DNA of 64,000 nucleotides from IMG/VR virus record IMGVR_UViG_3300020190_000032, positions 20,316 through 84,315 of that record, one strand, 5' to 3'. How positions within the stretch are numbered: the stretch's first letter is position 1; each line of letters begins with the position of its first letter. A program made the position numbers and the translations under genes. The notes under the pieces are model-generated. The model saw only the letters and a list, made by a program, of their open reading frames with translations, searched no databases and had not been told where the DNA came from. Of this stretch, positions 1-11,200 are shown in pieces. The DNA comes from a virus.

Positions 1-2
1 AT

Positions 3-602
3 GGCGACGGAATACCTGATTCCGACGATCCTGACCGAGATGGAGATGGAGATCCAAATTCATCCGATCCCGATCCAGATGACCCTACGGTTAATTCTTA
101 TACTGAATTGACGGGCTGTAATATCCCAACTGAACAAAGGGAAGTTATATACAGGATGACATTAGGAAACAGGACTCAGACTCTTCCTGGGTCATGGCTG
201 GGCGGGTTCTCACCGAGTCCGGAGGAAATCTCAATGCCGATTAGCTTTAAACCCTTAATACCTGAAGAGCTTCAGGATAAAACAGATGAAGACATGACAA
301 AATTAAACTGTAATATTCTTACTAATAAATTCATCAGCACTGCTACATCCAATATGCGTAACTATGAAAAATATATAAACAAGTATTTAGCTGTTGAGGT
401 TGCAAAAAGAAGAATGGACAATCGCGGCGTTAGAGTTGTTGAAAAAATGCGTCCCGAGTTATTTGAATACTATCCATTTATGCCAATCACAGTTGTTATT
501 AATGCAAACAAGAAAAAACTTTTGACTAGAACAAGTGCGGCGACTTGGGCTTTTGACTCAACAAATGCCCTTTGTTCGCTTGATTGTTATGTACTAAATT
601 AA
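3..602 (+). CDS. 5'-partial virion/tail protein with thrombospondin type-3-like Asp-rich Ca-binding repeat
   Basis: The frame of ORF 108..602 is open back to the window edge and reads GDGIPDSDDPDRDGDGDPNSSDPDPDDP; it lies at the head of the tail gene run. Confidence 0.6.
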   Translation, partial: GDGIPDSDDPDRDGDGDPNSSDPDPDDPTVNSYTELTGCNIPTEQREVIYRMTLGNRTQTLPGSWLGGFSPSPEEISMPISFKPLIPEELQDKTDEDMTKLNCNILTNKFISTATSNMRNYEKYINKYLAVEVAKRRMDNRGVRVVEKMRPELFEYYPFMPITVVINANKKKLLTRTSAATWAFDSTNALCSLDCYVLN

Positions 603-1469
603 ATGACTACTGCAATCAGCCCAGATCTATTTAATATTTATGCACCAGTTGCGACTGGGTCAACTGGAGTTGTCTTGATTTCTCCTGCATTGCTGCATTT
701 GCCAGCAAAAGCAACATATGTAGTTTTCAATGAGGTTCCTACCGCAGGGGTTATTAAGCTTGACGGTGTCAATATAGTGGCTGGTGTAACAGAGATCTCA
801 AAAGCAGACGTACAGGCAAATAAGCTTCAATGGCATAGCAACCTTCCTAATACTACGCAATTCCTTGATGTATCGTATTTTGGATTTGACGAGAATGATC
901 AAATAGTTTCATTGCTTCAGGTATATTATCCGCCTGACATCGTTAGTGATATAACCATCAATGTAGTCAATGGTGGTAATTTTTTAACTGGTGAAGAAGG
1001 CTTTGGCATAGCTCCAGATGGCGGTGATTTTGACGCTGGAGGATTTGTTATTAATGGTTACTCATATGATGGTGGTGATTTTAATACTGGCGACAGAGTT
1101 GGCGTCGCTCCACCGCCATTAAGTAATTATAATTTCTATGCTGACGGAGAACTGGATCCCGAGGTCGAAAACATCGTAATGCTCTTGGATGAGGATTTGA
1201 TGCCCATCCAAACATCTCAGTTGCCAAATACGCAATTTATTGATTCTGGTGTAATCATGCCGGATCTGCTGTTCAATCTGGATTATACTATTGAGTTGCA
1301 GATTAGCTATGTAACCAAGTTCTTTGAAGGATTTAACTATGGATCAATCGTACCTAATGCTGGCTATGATATCGACTATGGTGCAATTACGTCTGAGCCC
1401 GATGAAGGCTATGACTTCAATAGTATTGTGAATTATGAAGAGCCGGTGCCCGGCAACGTAGCAACCTAA
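603..1469 (+). CDS. Virion structural protein, putative fibre-attachment hub
   Basis: 288 aa, acidic; repeated NGGNF/DGGDF and NYG/DYG motifs; tail context. Confidence 0.55.
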   Translation: MTTAISPDLFNIYAPVATGSTGVVLISPALLHLPAKATYVVFNEVPTAGVIKLDGVNIVAGVTEISKADVQANKLQWHSNLPNTTQFLDVSYFGFDENDQIVSLLQVYYPPDIVSDITINVVNGGNFLTGEEGFGIAPDGGDFDAGGFVINGYSYDGGDFNTGDRVGVAPPPLSNYNFYADGELDPEVENIVMLLDEDLMPIQTSQLPNTQFIDSGVIMPDLLFNLDYTIELQISYVTKFFEGFNYGSIVPNAGYDIDYGAITSEPDEGYDFNSIVNYEEPVPGNVAT

Positions 1470-1500
1470 TAGGCACACTAGTTGAGAAAAATCCGGTCGG

Positions 1501-1929
1501 ATGTCAATTATTAGTACGACCGAATTACAGAGGCAGGCTGTAACAGCGGTCACGGATAGAGACTTTGAGGCAATACTCTTAAACAGCACAAAGCCTTATA
1601 ATTCAACAACGACATACGCATCTTATATCGAAGACGAGCTTGAAACTACTGCCGGTGGATACACTCGCATTCCCTTTACGTTTAACACTTCAGATATAAC
1701 AGTTACGGCAACTGGTGTTCATACTGTTAGCCGGTATTTGACATGGTTTCACAATGGCAATGCAGAAGCCATGAATTTCGATCATATTCTTGTTGTTGAA
1801 AAGGAGTTTGCGCAACCACTTAATTTTTATTATGTTGTTGGCGTCTACAATCTTGGTGTTGGTTATACTTTAAGGCTCTTTGGCGAAAGAGCAAGATTTT
1901 CACTACGTTTTAATGTTAAGAACAAATGA
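1501..1929 (+). CDS. Putative tail protein
   Basis: 142 aa beta-rich ORF preceded by late motif GGCACACTA at 1472. Confidence 0.5.
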   Translation: MSIISTTELQRQAVTAVTDRDFEAILLNSTKPYNSTTTYASYIEDELETTAGGYTRIPFTFNTSDITVTATGVHTVSRYLTWFHNGNAEAMNFDHILVVEKEFAQPLNFYYVVGVYNLGVGYTLRLFGERARFSLRFNVKNK

Positions 1930-2201
1930 GTAACACAAGTGGCAAGACTTTACTGGACCTAGTAAATGAGTCCGCTCAGGCCAATCGTTTAAACACGGTT
2001 GAAAATGCTTTAGCCGGCGGCGGATTAGGGCAAAAGAATTTCAATGCAACCTGGCGCGGTTTTGAGCTTAACGGGCGCCCTACGGTCAAATACAAAGGAT
2101 CCCTTTACAATGTAAACGGAGACGGCTTCACGGGGCTCCCAATGAATTCTAGCGTGACTTTAAGAGTCGGGAAGAATACGCTGTCTGCTTCCTGGCGATA
2201 A
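1926..2201 (+). CDS. Small tail protein similar to the N-terminus of the next gene
   Basis: ATGA overlap; shares the W-x-G...PTV-K-x-x-G...LP pattern with the 2201 N-terminus. Confidence 0.5.
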   Translation: MSNTSGKTLLDLVNESAQANRLNTVENALAGGGLGQKNFNATWRGFELNGRPTVKYKGSLYNVNGDGFTGLPMNSSVTLRVGKNTLSASWR

Positions 2202-5185
2202 TGGGTGCATTTGAAGAGCTTCAGAAAAAATTAGACGCTCTTGCCAAGGAAGCCAGAGCTATCCTTCAAGCCAAGAAGGTTAGCGAGATCAAGGGCATTC
2301 CAGGTGAAGCTGAATGGATGGGATACAATTCAGCAAATAAACCAACTGTAAAAAAGAATGGCGAAATACTTATCGTAAAAGCGACATCTTCGATTAATTT
2401 GCCTATTGGCTCTAAAGTTTATATTGATGAAACTTTTACCATACAATATAAAACTAAAAAGCCTCCCAAGAAAGATAAGGCAGACGAAAGGAAACAGGCT
2501 AATTATGACCGCAGGCCATTCAAAAGAAGAAGAAAGGTTCCAATTCCCCCTAAAGTCATCAAGACTGTCAAAGGTTCAACTTGGTTGGTTTACCATGAAT
2601 ACCTTAAAGAATTAAATCTTACAACTGAAGCACAAATAGGTACAAACCCTCAGCTTTTTGGGTGGAGTCTTTTTCTGTCACTGGCCCCGCTAGCGATTCT
2701 TAGCGGAGGCTTACTACTTGGAGTTATCTACTGGACATTGTTTGAATTTAAAATTGAACCAGTTGATCCAATCATTGTAAACGATTTATCTAAGCAAGAA
2801 AATCATCCTGATATTTTAACTAACACAAATTTAAATGCTGATGACTATAATTATTTTCTAATTCTCCAGGGTGTCGTCGATCAACTATTTACAAGTAGCG
2901 GTTTACTGGCTTACCCCCCCAGCCAAGCAGATGGTTTTTGGTTAGGCAAGAATTTAGCAATATCTAATAACATTTTCTTTATTGGCCAAACCAATCAGAC
3001 GAGTGTTGAAACATTTACACCTGGTGCAGGATTAACATTTAGCGACAAGATATTTATTAGGCCTTGGACCTACAATGCTGCTGACAAGTTGGTTGGATTG
3101 TTGACTCATTTTGGTCCAGGCAAAGTTCAAGCTTGTCTATATCGTGTGGTTGGCGTTTTTCCTCCAAAGAGATTTAAGATCAATATTCACGCTTGGCAGA
3201 CACCTGATAGAGAACTGCCTGATTTAAATCCTGCAAGCGAGAATTATTATCAAACTCTGAACGAACTGCTTCCAATGAAGCATAAGCAATTTGTGATTCC
3301 GGATGACATAACAGAGTGGAATTCCTTGCTTGGGAGTGGTATAGTATCAGAAAATGAACAAGATGTTTCCGAGGTGATTCCATATGAGATTATTCCTGCG
3401 CATGACTTCCAGACCTATGATAATCCAGAGGCAGCTTATGATTTGACAAAGTTTGCAGCTTATTCGCAGAATAATTTATATCTAAATTATGTAGTAAAAG
3501 CTTATGCTCCTTGGACTGATTTAGGTGATACCTTTAGGATTAATTATTACGCTTTAAACATTAAAGCGACTAACCTTCCTGATGATGGTGGGATTGAAGT
3601 AAGTTATTCATTCAAACCATGCACGCTTGATTTGCCGGAGGAATTTAAATTTGATGGGAAAATTTATCTTGAAGATCCAAAATTTCCATTGCAGGGTGGT
3701 GAGCGGAATGTAGCCAGAAGGCAGATAACTTATACAATTAAAGGAACTGATGACCCAACCGCAAATGTTAGCCAAGTTGTAATATCAGCGATCAGGGGTG
3801 ATACAGAAAAAAGAGGTCTTCTTTCTGGAAGCGATCCTGACGCAATCCCAGTTTCAATTGATCAGGAGACAGGAAAGTATAAGTATGTCCCTGGACAGAA
3901 TTTAAAGTTTGAGGTTTCAGGCGCACCACAGGGCTTTTTATTGGATACAAATACTGGTGAATATGTGTTTGATCAAAATATCTCACCCTATGCTGTGTAT
4001 AATAACGGCCAAGGAACACAGTTTGATTTTGAATACACGGTGGAGGATTCGGTTGGAACAAAATCGACAGGAATTATTACAATTTATTTGATTGGCGGAA
4101 ACACTGGATTTGTATCAAGTGGATCAGAATTGATAGGATCTATTGCGAGCAGTAGTACTGGCGATGGAGGCGCTCCACCATTAAATGAATGGGACCCGGA
4201 TCCTATTATTGAATCTACCGAAACAGGAGAAGAGCAAACCTTTGAAAAGATTACCACTACGATACCATTGCCGAATGAAGACACTCAAGGTAATGTTTGG
4301 GGTTACGCCGGAAGAAGGGCTCAAGTAAAAATAAAAGATACAGCCCCGCCAATTATTAAACTTAAAGTGGGAGGTCAGTATTTTGATAACCCAGCAGGCT
4401 TTAGTGAAGAAGATTTTATCTTCTCTGTAAAGACTGATCAAGGGCGGATCGGCAGTGCAAACAATTTTATTGCTGATTTTACAGTCAAAAAAGCTAACTA
4501 TGATCGTCTTGGCCCAGACCAAGAACTTACAATTACCTACACGATTGAAGGATTGCTGAACAATGCGCCGTTCGTAGGTAATTTTGAAAATTTGATTGAT
4601 TACCAGAAGAGAAAAATTAGAAGTGATTTTATTAAGTTTGCTTTTGCTGGAGATTGGAGAAAGAATATATTCAATGAAAGACAAGAACAGCCCGCTAATA
4701 ATATTTTTGCTGATGTGGTAGGCGATTCTCCGACTAGAGATACATTAAACTTACCGGAACTGAATATTGATATTACGGAAAGAGATGTGACGGCAAATTG
4801 GATCAGAGAATTTACATGGTATAGCGAAGAAGAGGGCAAAGAAGATCCAAAGTATGCATTGAGATTTCAACAATCTGATGACAGTTCGACTACATATGAA
4901 GATGAGTACGTCAAGATTGTCCCCTTAGCCTGGGATTTTTCAAGCCAGTATAAAGAATTACTGTTTTATGCCGCAGATGATGTAAACAAGATTGAAGCAC
5001 TTGACGAGGAATCGGTCTTGGAGGCGATTGCAAACGCTAGTCAGGTACAAATAAAGAAGAAATGGCTATGGGACGCACTGCCTTTCGGGATGGATCGGAA
5101 TGACCAAACTGGTAAGAAATGGAGGCTTGACAGAGAAAGAACACAACCTCTAAAAGGCTATATGATCTTTGGTTGGTCTAGTTAG
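2201..5185 (+). CDS. Large tail-tip/adsorption protein with VCBS/cadherin-like repeats
   Basis: 994 aa; FEYTVEDSVGTKSTGIITIYLIGGN and YDRLGPDQELTITYTI VCBS-like segments; hydrophobic stretch near the N-terminus. Confidence 0.55.
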   Translation: MGAFEELQKKLDALAKEARAILQAKKVSEIKGIPGEAEWMGYNSANKPTVKKNGEILIVKATSSINLPIGSKVYIDETFTIQYKTKKPPKKDKADERKQANYDRRPFKRRRKVPIPPKVIKTVKGSTWLVYHEYLKELNLTTEAQIGTNPQLFGWSLFLSLAPLAILSGGLLLGVIYWTLFEFKIEPVDPIIVNDLSKQENHPDILTNTNLNADDYNYFLILQGVVDQLFTSSGLLAYPPSQADGFWLGKNLAISNNIFFIGQTNQTSVETFTPGAGLTFSDKIFIRPWTYNAADKLVGLLTHFGPGKVQACLYRVVGVFPPKRFKINIHAWQTPDRELPDLNPASENYYQTLNELLPMKHKQFVIPDDITEWNSLLGSGIVSENEQDVSEVIPYEIIPAHDFQTYDNPEAAYDLTKFAAYSQNNLYLNYVVKAYAPWTDLGDTFRINYYALNIKATNLPDDGGIEVSYSFKPCTLDLPEEFKFDGKIYLEDPKFPLQGGERNVARRQITYTIKGTDDPTANVSQVVISAIRGDTEKRGLLSGSDPDAIPVSIDQETGKYKYVPGQNLKFEVSGAPQGFLLDTNTGEYVFDQNISPYAVYNNGQGTQFDFEYTVEDSVGTKSTGIITIYLIGGNTGFVSSGSELIGSIASSSTGDGGAPPLNEWDPDPIIESTETGEEQTFEKITTTIPLPNEDTQGNVWGYAGRRAQVKIKDTAPPIIKLKVGGQYFDNPAGFSEEDFIFSVKTDQGRIGSANNFIADFTVKKANYDRLGPDQELTITYTIEGLLNNAPFVGNFENLIDYQKRKIRSDFIKFAFAGDWRKNIFNERQEQPANNIFADVVGDSPTRDTLNLPELNIDITERDVTANWIREFTWYSEEEGKEDPKYALRFQQSDDSSTTYEDEYVKIVPLAWDFSSQYKELLFYAADDVNKIEALDEESVLEAIANASQVQIKKKWLWDALPFGMDRNDQTGKKWRLDRERTQPLKGYMIFGWSS

Positions 5186-5220
5186 ACGAGCGGTATCCTA
5201 ATGGCAGATTGGCTTTATGA

Positions 5221-8200
5221 ATGGCTCTGCAGATAAGGAGGGTAACAGAAGCGCAGCGCCCTTTGATTACACCTGTTATAGGAGAGCCGGTATATGCATA
5301 CGATTCCAATAAGCTCTATGTTGGGGATGGTACTACACCAGGTGGGATTAATGTCATTGAGACTATCCTTGTGCAGGATTTTCTCGATGCCGAACTGGAA
5401 AATGAAGATTTAATTCATGGTACGTTTATATATTATTCAGACGCCGAGAATAAATGGAAAATTGGCAAGCCAATAATTACGACAAGCGACCTTGAAGATG
5501 TAACCGAAGCAGAGGATCTTGAGCCTGGCTTCATGATCGTTTATAATTCTACGACTGAAAAATGGGTTATTCGAGAACAATTGCCTAAGGCTATCACAGA
5601 TATTGATGGCATCTCTATTGAAGAAAACCTAGCGGTTGATAGTCTTTTAGAGTATAACGAAGAGACCCAGAACTTTGAATCAAAACCAATTCCGCCAGTA
5701 CCTTCAATTGGCGATTTACTTGGTGTTGAAATTACGGATCCCGAGAAGAGGGGTCACATGCTTTTCTTGGATGAAACCACGAATAACTTTTTTAACGAAT
5801 ATGTTTTAAGTACAACCAAGGCAAATTATCACGCAAATTTGTCTAATTTAAATAATCTTGATACCATCAAATATAACGGGACTAGTGGTCTTTTTGAAAA
5901 GAGCACACCGTTTCTTAAAGATGTAAACCTGGTGAGCCTTGATGGCCTTGAGGAACCGCCTCCGGATGATGTCACAATTGAGGTAATCATTAATGACGGA
6001 AAATTTATCTTTGATGAAGTCAGGGTAGCGCCTATCCTCAAACTTTTTAATGATCGTGATTATATCTTTGACCTCTCAGATCCATCTTTACTTGGTAAAA
6101 CATTTAGGTTCTCTACGACACTTGACGGCACACATAGTATTGACCCTCCTGGGGTAATACTGGAAAGTAACAGATTTGTAATTACGGGAACTCCTGGTGT
6201 TGATGGCGAGTTCAGAATAAACTTTACAGGATTTGGAGAAAATCCCCCGCCAAATGACTTTTTCTATTTTTGTGTAGAGGAGCCGGAATTCGGAAATGCA
6301 GTTCAGGTGACGCCACCGCCAGCTCCCAAGCCTTTTGTTATGCAATGGGATGATACGCTGGAAGCTTTTAATGCAAAAAGATTTAGCTATACACTTGGAG
6401 AGTTTGGCAATGTTTTAATCACTTCTGATGAAGAAGGTAATATAGCCAACTATCAAATGTTGAGCTGGGATGCTGGATTACAGAAGTGGACAACTCCTCT
6501 TGACAGAGTTGCTGGTGTTGGCATTGGCAATTCACTGCCTAGGACCAGGACGCAATTCTCAAATGCAATGTGGAGAGGTGGCGTACAGGGCTTAGGGACT
6601 TTTGACTTAAATTTAGAAGACGGAGAAGAACTTAAAAGTATCAAGATTAATCTTGATGAGCTTGAAATTGAAGGACAAGAGGAAGAATTTGATGCATTCT
6701 TCTTTGATAGCGAAGAAGAGCGCGAAGAGTTCATGGAAGCTCTTGAGGAGGCCGAGCGAGCATTAGGTCCTGGTGGGATCTTATCGAGAGAGGCAATTGA
6801 TGCAATTGCCAAAGAAAAAGGCGCAAAAGTAGCGCGAATGAAAACAAATAAAAAGGAATACACTCGTACTGGTAAATCAGCTTTAAATAGACCTGGATTA
6901 GAAGTCGTCGGCGGCGGCGGCGGCGGTTTTGGAGGCGGATTTGGTGGTCTCTCTGGATTAGCTCTCGCCACGGTCGCGGCGGGAGGCGGCGGCGGTGGAG
7001 GCGGCGGCGGGGGCGGTGGTGGAGGTGCTGGATCTGATGAGCCTGGCCTTGACGCACTAACTACGCCAGTTCCAAGTCCGGAAGAAGAGGCTGAGGCATT
7101 TAAAGATGCTTACAAAAATCTTGGTAATAATTTAAAAAAAGTCTTTGGCGCTTTAATGGCAAGGCGTCGTTTATTAAAGAAGTTACTGCCTGATTCACTT
7201 GCTGGTGGTGGCAGTGGCGGTGGGCTTGAACTTGAATTTGAAACCGTAGATCCAACTGGTGCATCAAGTCAAGACAAGCCTCCAATTATGATGGGCTGGA
7301 GAGCTAGTACCGATGTCTATGGTTACTATTATTTCACCTATACCCAGCGTGCATCTGCATTAACTTATAACAGTAGAAATCATTGGCTGCTGGCTCAATC
7401 TTACATGCGACGTTGTGCTTGCACGATAAGCAGGCTGAATACATTTAAAGTTGTTTATTATTATGACGCTGATGATTCCCGCTTTATGGCGGGTGAATGG
7501 CTGCGAATTGTTGAGTGGCAAAATCCTTCATCTCTTTATACAGGACAATTAGACGAATTCACTTCTACAACTATTCGTGACACGCTTGAGGAGTGGGATC
7601 CAGGCACAACTTACAGAAAAGGATCAAGGGTAATTTATGATGATAAGGTTTGGGAATGTCTAATTGAAACCTCAACCGCATCAGCACCTGCTCCAGGTAC
7701 TAAGCCGGCACCGTTATCTGTTAGCGGTGAAACCGTACAAATGTTTGTTGAGATACCGGCATTCAGTGTAAAATCCCAATTGTTCGAAGGTGTTTATCAA
7801 TTAAGATGTACGCCAGGAAAAAATACTTTTGGTGGAAAAACACACCCTGTCTTCAGATTTGGCGAACCTGGTGACGATGCCGACTTTGTTTACGTTGGCG
7901 TTAATTTGCAAACGCAAAGCGCCTTAAGTGTATTGCCAGAGGGTGCAGGCAATATCCAAATTCATGTTAACAATAAAGCTGCACACCGTCAGAATCTAGC
8001 CAATCAGAATGCAGACATTGGAGTCTTCATGTATGACATCAATGTTCATTCTGCGCTTCAGCATTTAATGGTTGCAGAATTTCAAACATTTAATATTGAG
8101 AAACGTCTTGGAGAATGCAATTTAGCCGCTAGTGTTTTACAGTATTCTAATGAACGTTCTTTTAGTCTTAGTCTTGGGAATAGCTCTGGGGCAACACCTC

Positions 8201-11200
8201 CCACGACCGGACAGAATTCCATGCCGGGCGGAATTGTCACCTATAGAGGTATCTTCAGACCATATGGCAACCAAGGTTATTTTATTGATGGCTTGAATGT
8301 TAATGCGGCAGATGGTGCTGCTTGTTTCAACCTGGATGGTGGCCTTCATAATGATGGGGCTGTTCAACCTGCTGGTTATACCTTCTTAGAAAACCTGCCT
8401 AGACCCATTTTGGATGCGAATGGAACTGGAGCATCGTTTATATCTAATTTTTATACATGGCGTAGAACTGATTACAGCGACTTTGTATTCTATTTGCCCA
8501 AAACACTTGGCGGAGGAAGAGATGCTTTACTGGGAGATAGAATTAAATATAGAAATGTTCCAAATACTTCAACCCTAATTGTTCCCAGCACTGGGTCTCC
8601 ATACGCCCCTCCCGTCAATCAAACATTGGGTGAGAATGGCCCATTTAATATGAATCTGCAACCTGCAGTTGGCTCGAATCATGTTTATGGCGTGAGATGG
8701 TGTGTCAAGAGACGTGGTGCTCCTTTGACCCCGAAGACCCAAAAGGTTGGAGAGAAAGACCTAGGTACAATTACAGATGCGAATGGTAACGTTATAGCTA
8801 CGAATGTAGAACAGTCAGCCGCAGAGCCGGGGCAGACTTGGACTAAAGACAAAACAGTTGATGTTTTGGAGGTTGTTGCAGGCAATGACATTAAGACTGG
8901 GGAAGCAGGCACTGCTACTGCAAGTCTTGGGCGAATCGTGGCAAGTAAGTCTGCGGTTTGTATTGGTCTCTGCGACGAAAGTTCAATCTTCCAATATGGA
9001 TCTTATCGCTATGATCGATGGCAAAGTTTTAGATCAGAGTTTCCCAATAGACCTCACTGGTTACTTGTGCCTAGTGAAGGTAATTCTATTTATACTGCAC
9101 CATTTCCACATTCAACGCTTGATTATGGTGCCTTAACAAACATAATAAGTCCTACGCAATTTGGTGGATCGGCCGGCGTAGTTGTTGCCAAAATACCTCC
9201 ACAAGGAAATGGTAGTGGCTTTGTAAATGCCAGTTGGGTTGGTGGTGGTTTTATTGGGAACACCTCCCAGCCAGTTCCAGATAATAGGGAAATTTTAATC
9301 TTAAGATTCCCTATGGGTACTGGAACTGATCAATCTACTCAGTGGACGTACCATTGGTACTATTTTGTTGATGGAACCACGGTTAGCAATACTTTTGTCG
9401 CTGGTTTAGTCCAAACTAGTGTGTTTTCTGAGCAGGCTGACAATAAATGGACATCTGTTGCATGGTCTCCTGGCCTTTCCCGTTATGTGGCTGTAGCTAA
9501 TTTGTATGGTAGCAATGATGTCATGTACAGCGCCAACGGTAAGCGCTGGACAGGGATCTTTGGTTCTTTTGTAAATGCTGGATCACATGGTACAGTCTTA
9601 TGGGCATCTAATATCAATAAGTTTGTATCTTTCTCCGGTTCAGACTCATTACATGGCAATATTTCTACTTCATCAAAGATCGCAACAAGTAGTGATGGTA
9701 TAACTTGGGTTCAGCAAAGCGTCGCGTTATCGCCAAATGCTCCAACGTTGTCATGGTATAAAGCAATAACATGCGCAGCATACTCACCTCAACTTGGATT
9801 AATTGTAGCCCTCTCTCCGCAGAGTGGTCAGCCCGGCGCATCTGTATTGAGAAGTACTAATGGTGTTGACTGGATTCATGGATCTTCTCCAAATAGTGAG
9901 TCATTGAACTGGTCTAGCATTTGCTGGTCGCCCGAAAAGAATTTATTTGTTGCTGTTCATGATACGAACAGTCCGAATTTCAACACTCCAGTGATGACGA
10001 GTCCAGATGGTATCAACTGGACTGCCAGAAGCGTTCCAAATAGTGAAGCAAATAGGTTCAAATCAGTTGTATGGGCTAAAGAACTTGGATTGTTTGTTGC
10101 CATTGGTATTTATGGAACAGCTAACAACGATGTAATGACAAGTCCAGATGGGATTACCTGGACCCTGAGATCTACAAATAAATTTTTGCCATGGAAATCA
10201 ATCGCCTACTCTTCAAAGTTGCAGTTATTAGTCGCAATTACAGATCAGCAAAATGTTAGTGGGGCAATTATTACCAGTCCTGATGGCATTGTTTGGACTA
10301 CCAGGTTAAATCCAGCCCCGGCAAATTCTTGGTCTTCTGTTATTTGGAATCCAGACAGAGAGGAATTTTTGGCTGTGGCTAGTTATGGTGTTGGTGATAG
10401 GGTTATGACAAGTATTGATGGTATCAACTGGTCGACTCAGACAAGCGTTTCTTGGCCGCCGTCAGGCACAATGGGTCAATACATACGATGGGATCACATT
10501 GTTAACGGTGTTGGCACCCAGATTACAACAGGGAATCCACCGGAAATACAAAAGTTTAACCCGATCAGCAAAAATCAAAAGAGTTCTCTGCCTCTTACTT
10601 ATACTTTATCTCCAGGATACAATCCAACCTGGACATCTGCCGGCAGTGAGTTCTTTAAAGCAAATATGGTTTGGATCGCCGATCCAGCCCTTGATGATGG
10701 AGGGGAAAGATCGCTCAAGAGCTTAGAGGACCAAGAGATTACAATTTCCTATCGGATGAGGATACCTTCTGGTATCAGCAGCTTGACTCAGAGCTTGAAG
10801 ATCAAAGGTGCTGCTGACAATCAGATGACCGTTCAAGTCTTAAATCCAGTCACAAATGTAACTTATACTTTGTTGCAGTCTACAAGTTTTGCAAATACGA
10901 CAGAAGTAACCATCCCACTTATACAGGTTGAACAATACTTTAGTCCTCAGCAGGTACATACTCAAGGTAAGTGGCTTGTTTTGATGGTAAAACTTAAAAA
11001 CTTGCCGAGGCCAGGCTTACCACTTACCGAGTTATACAATGTAAATTCATCAGCCTTTGCGCTATCAATTAATGCCACAATTTATGGAACTGAATATACA
11101 TTATTCAACGCAAAGGAATGGGCAAGCATACAACACGCTATCTATGGTCAAGGACTCCATAATCAAATGGGTACGCCAACAAATAGAATGATTGAAGCGG

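Noticed and set aside
6453-7057. Pro/Arg-rich antisense ORFs
   Set aside because: Reverse complement of the poly-Gly GGN tract
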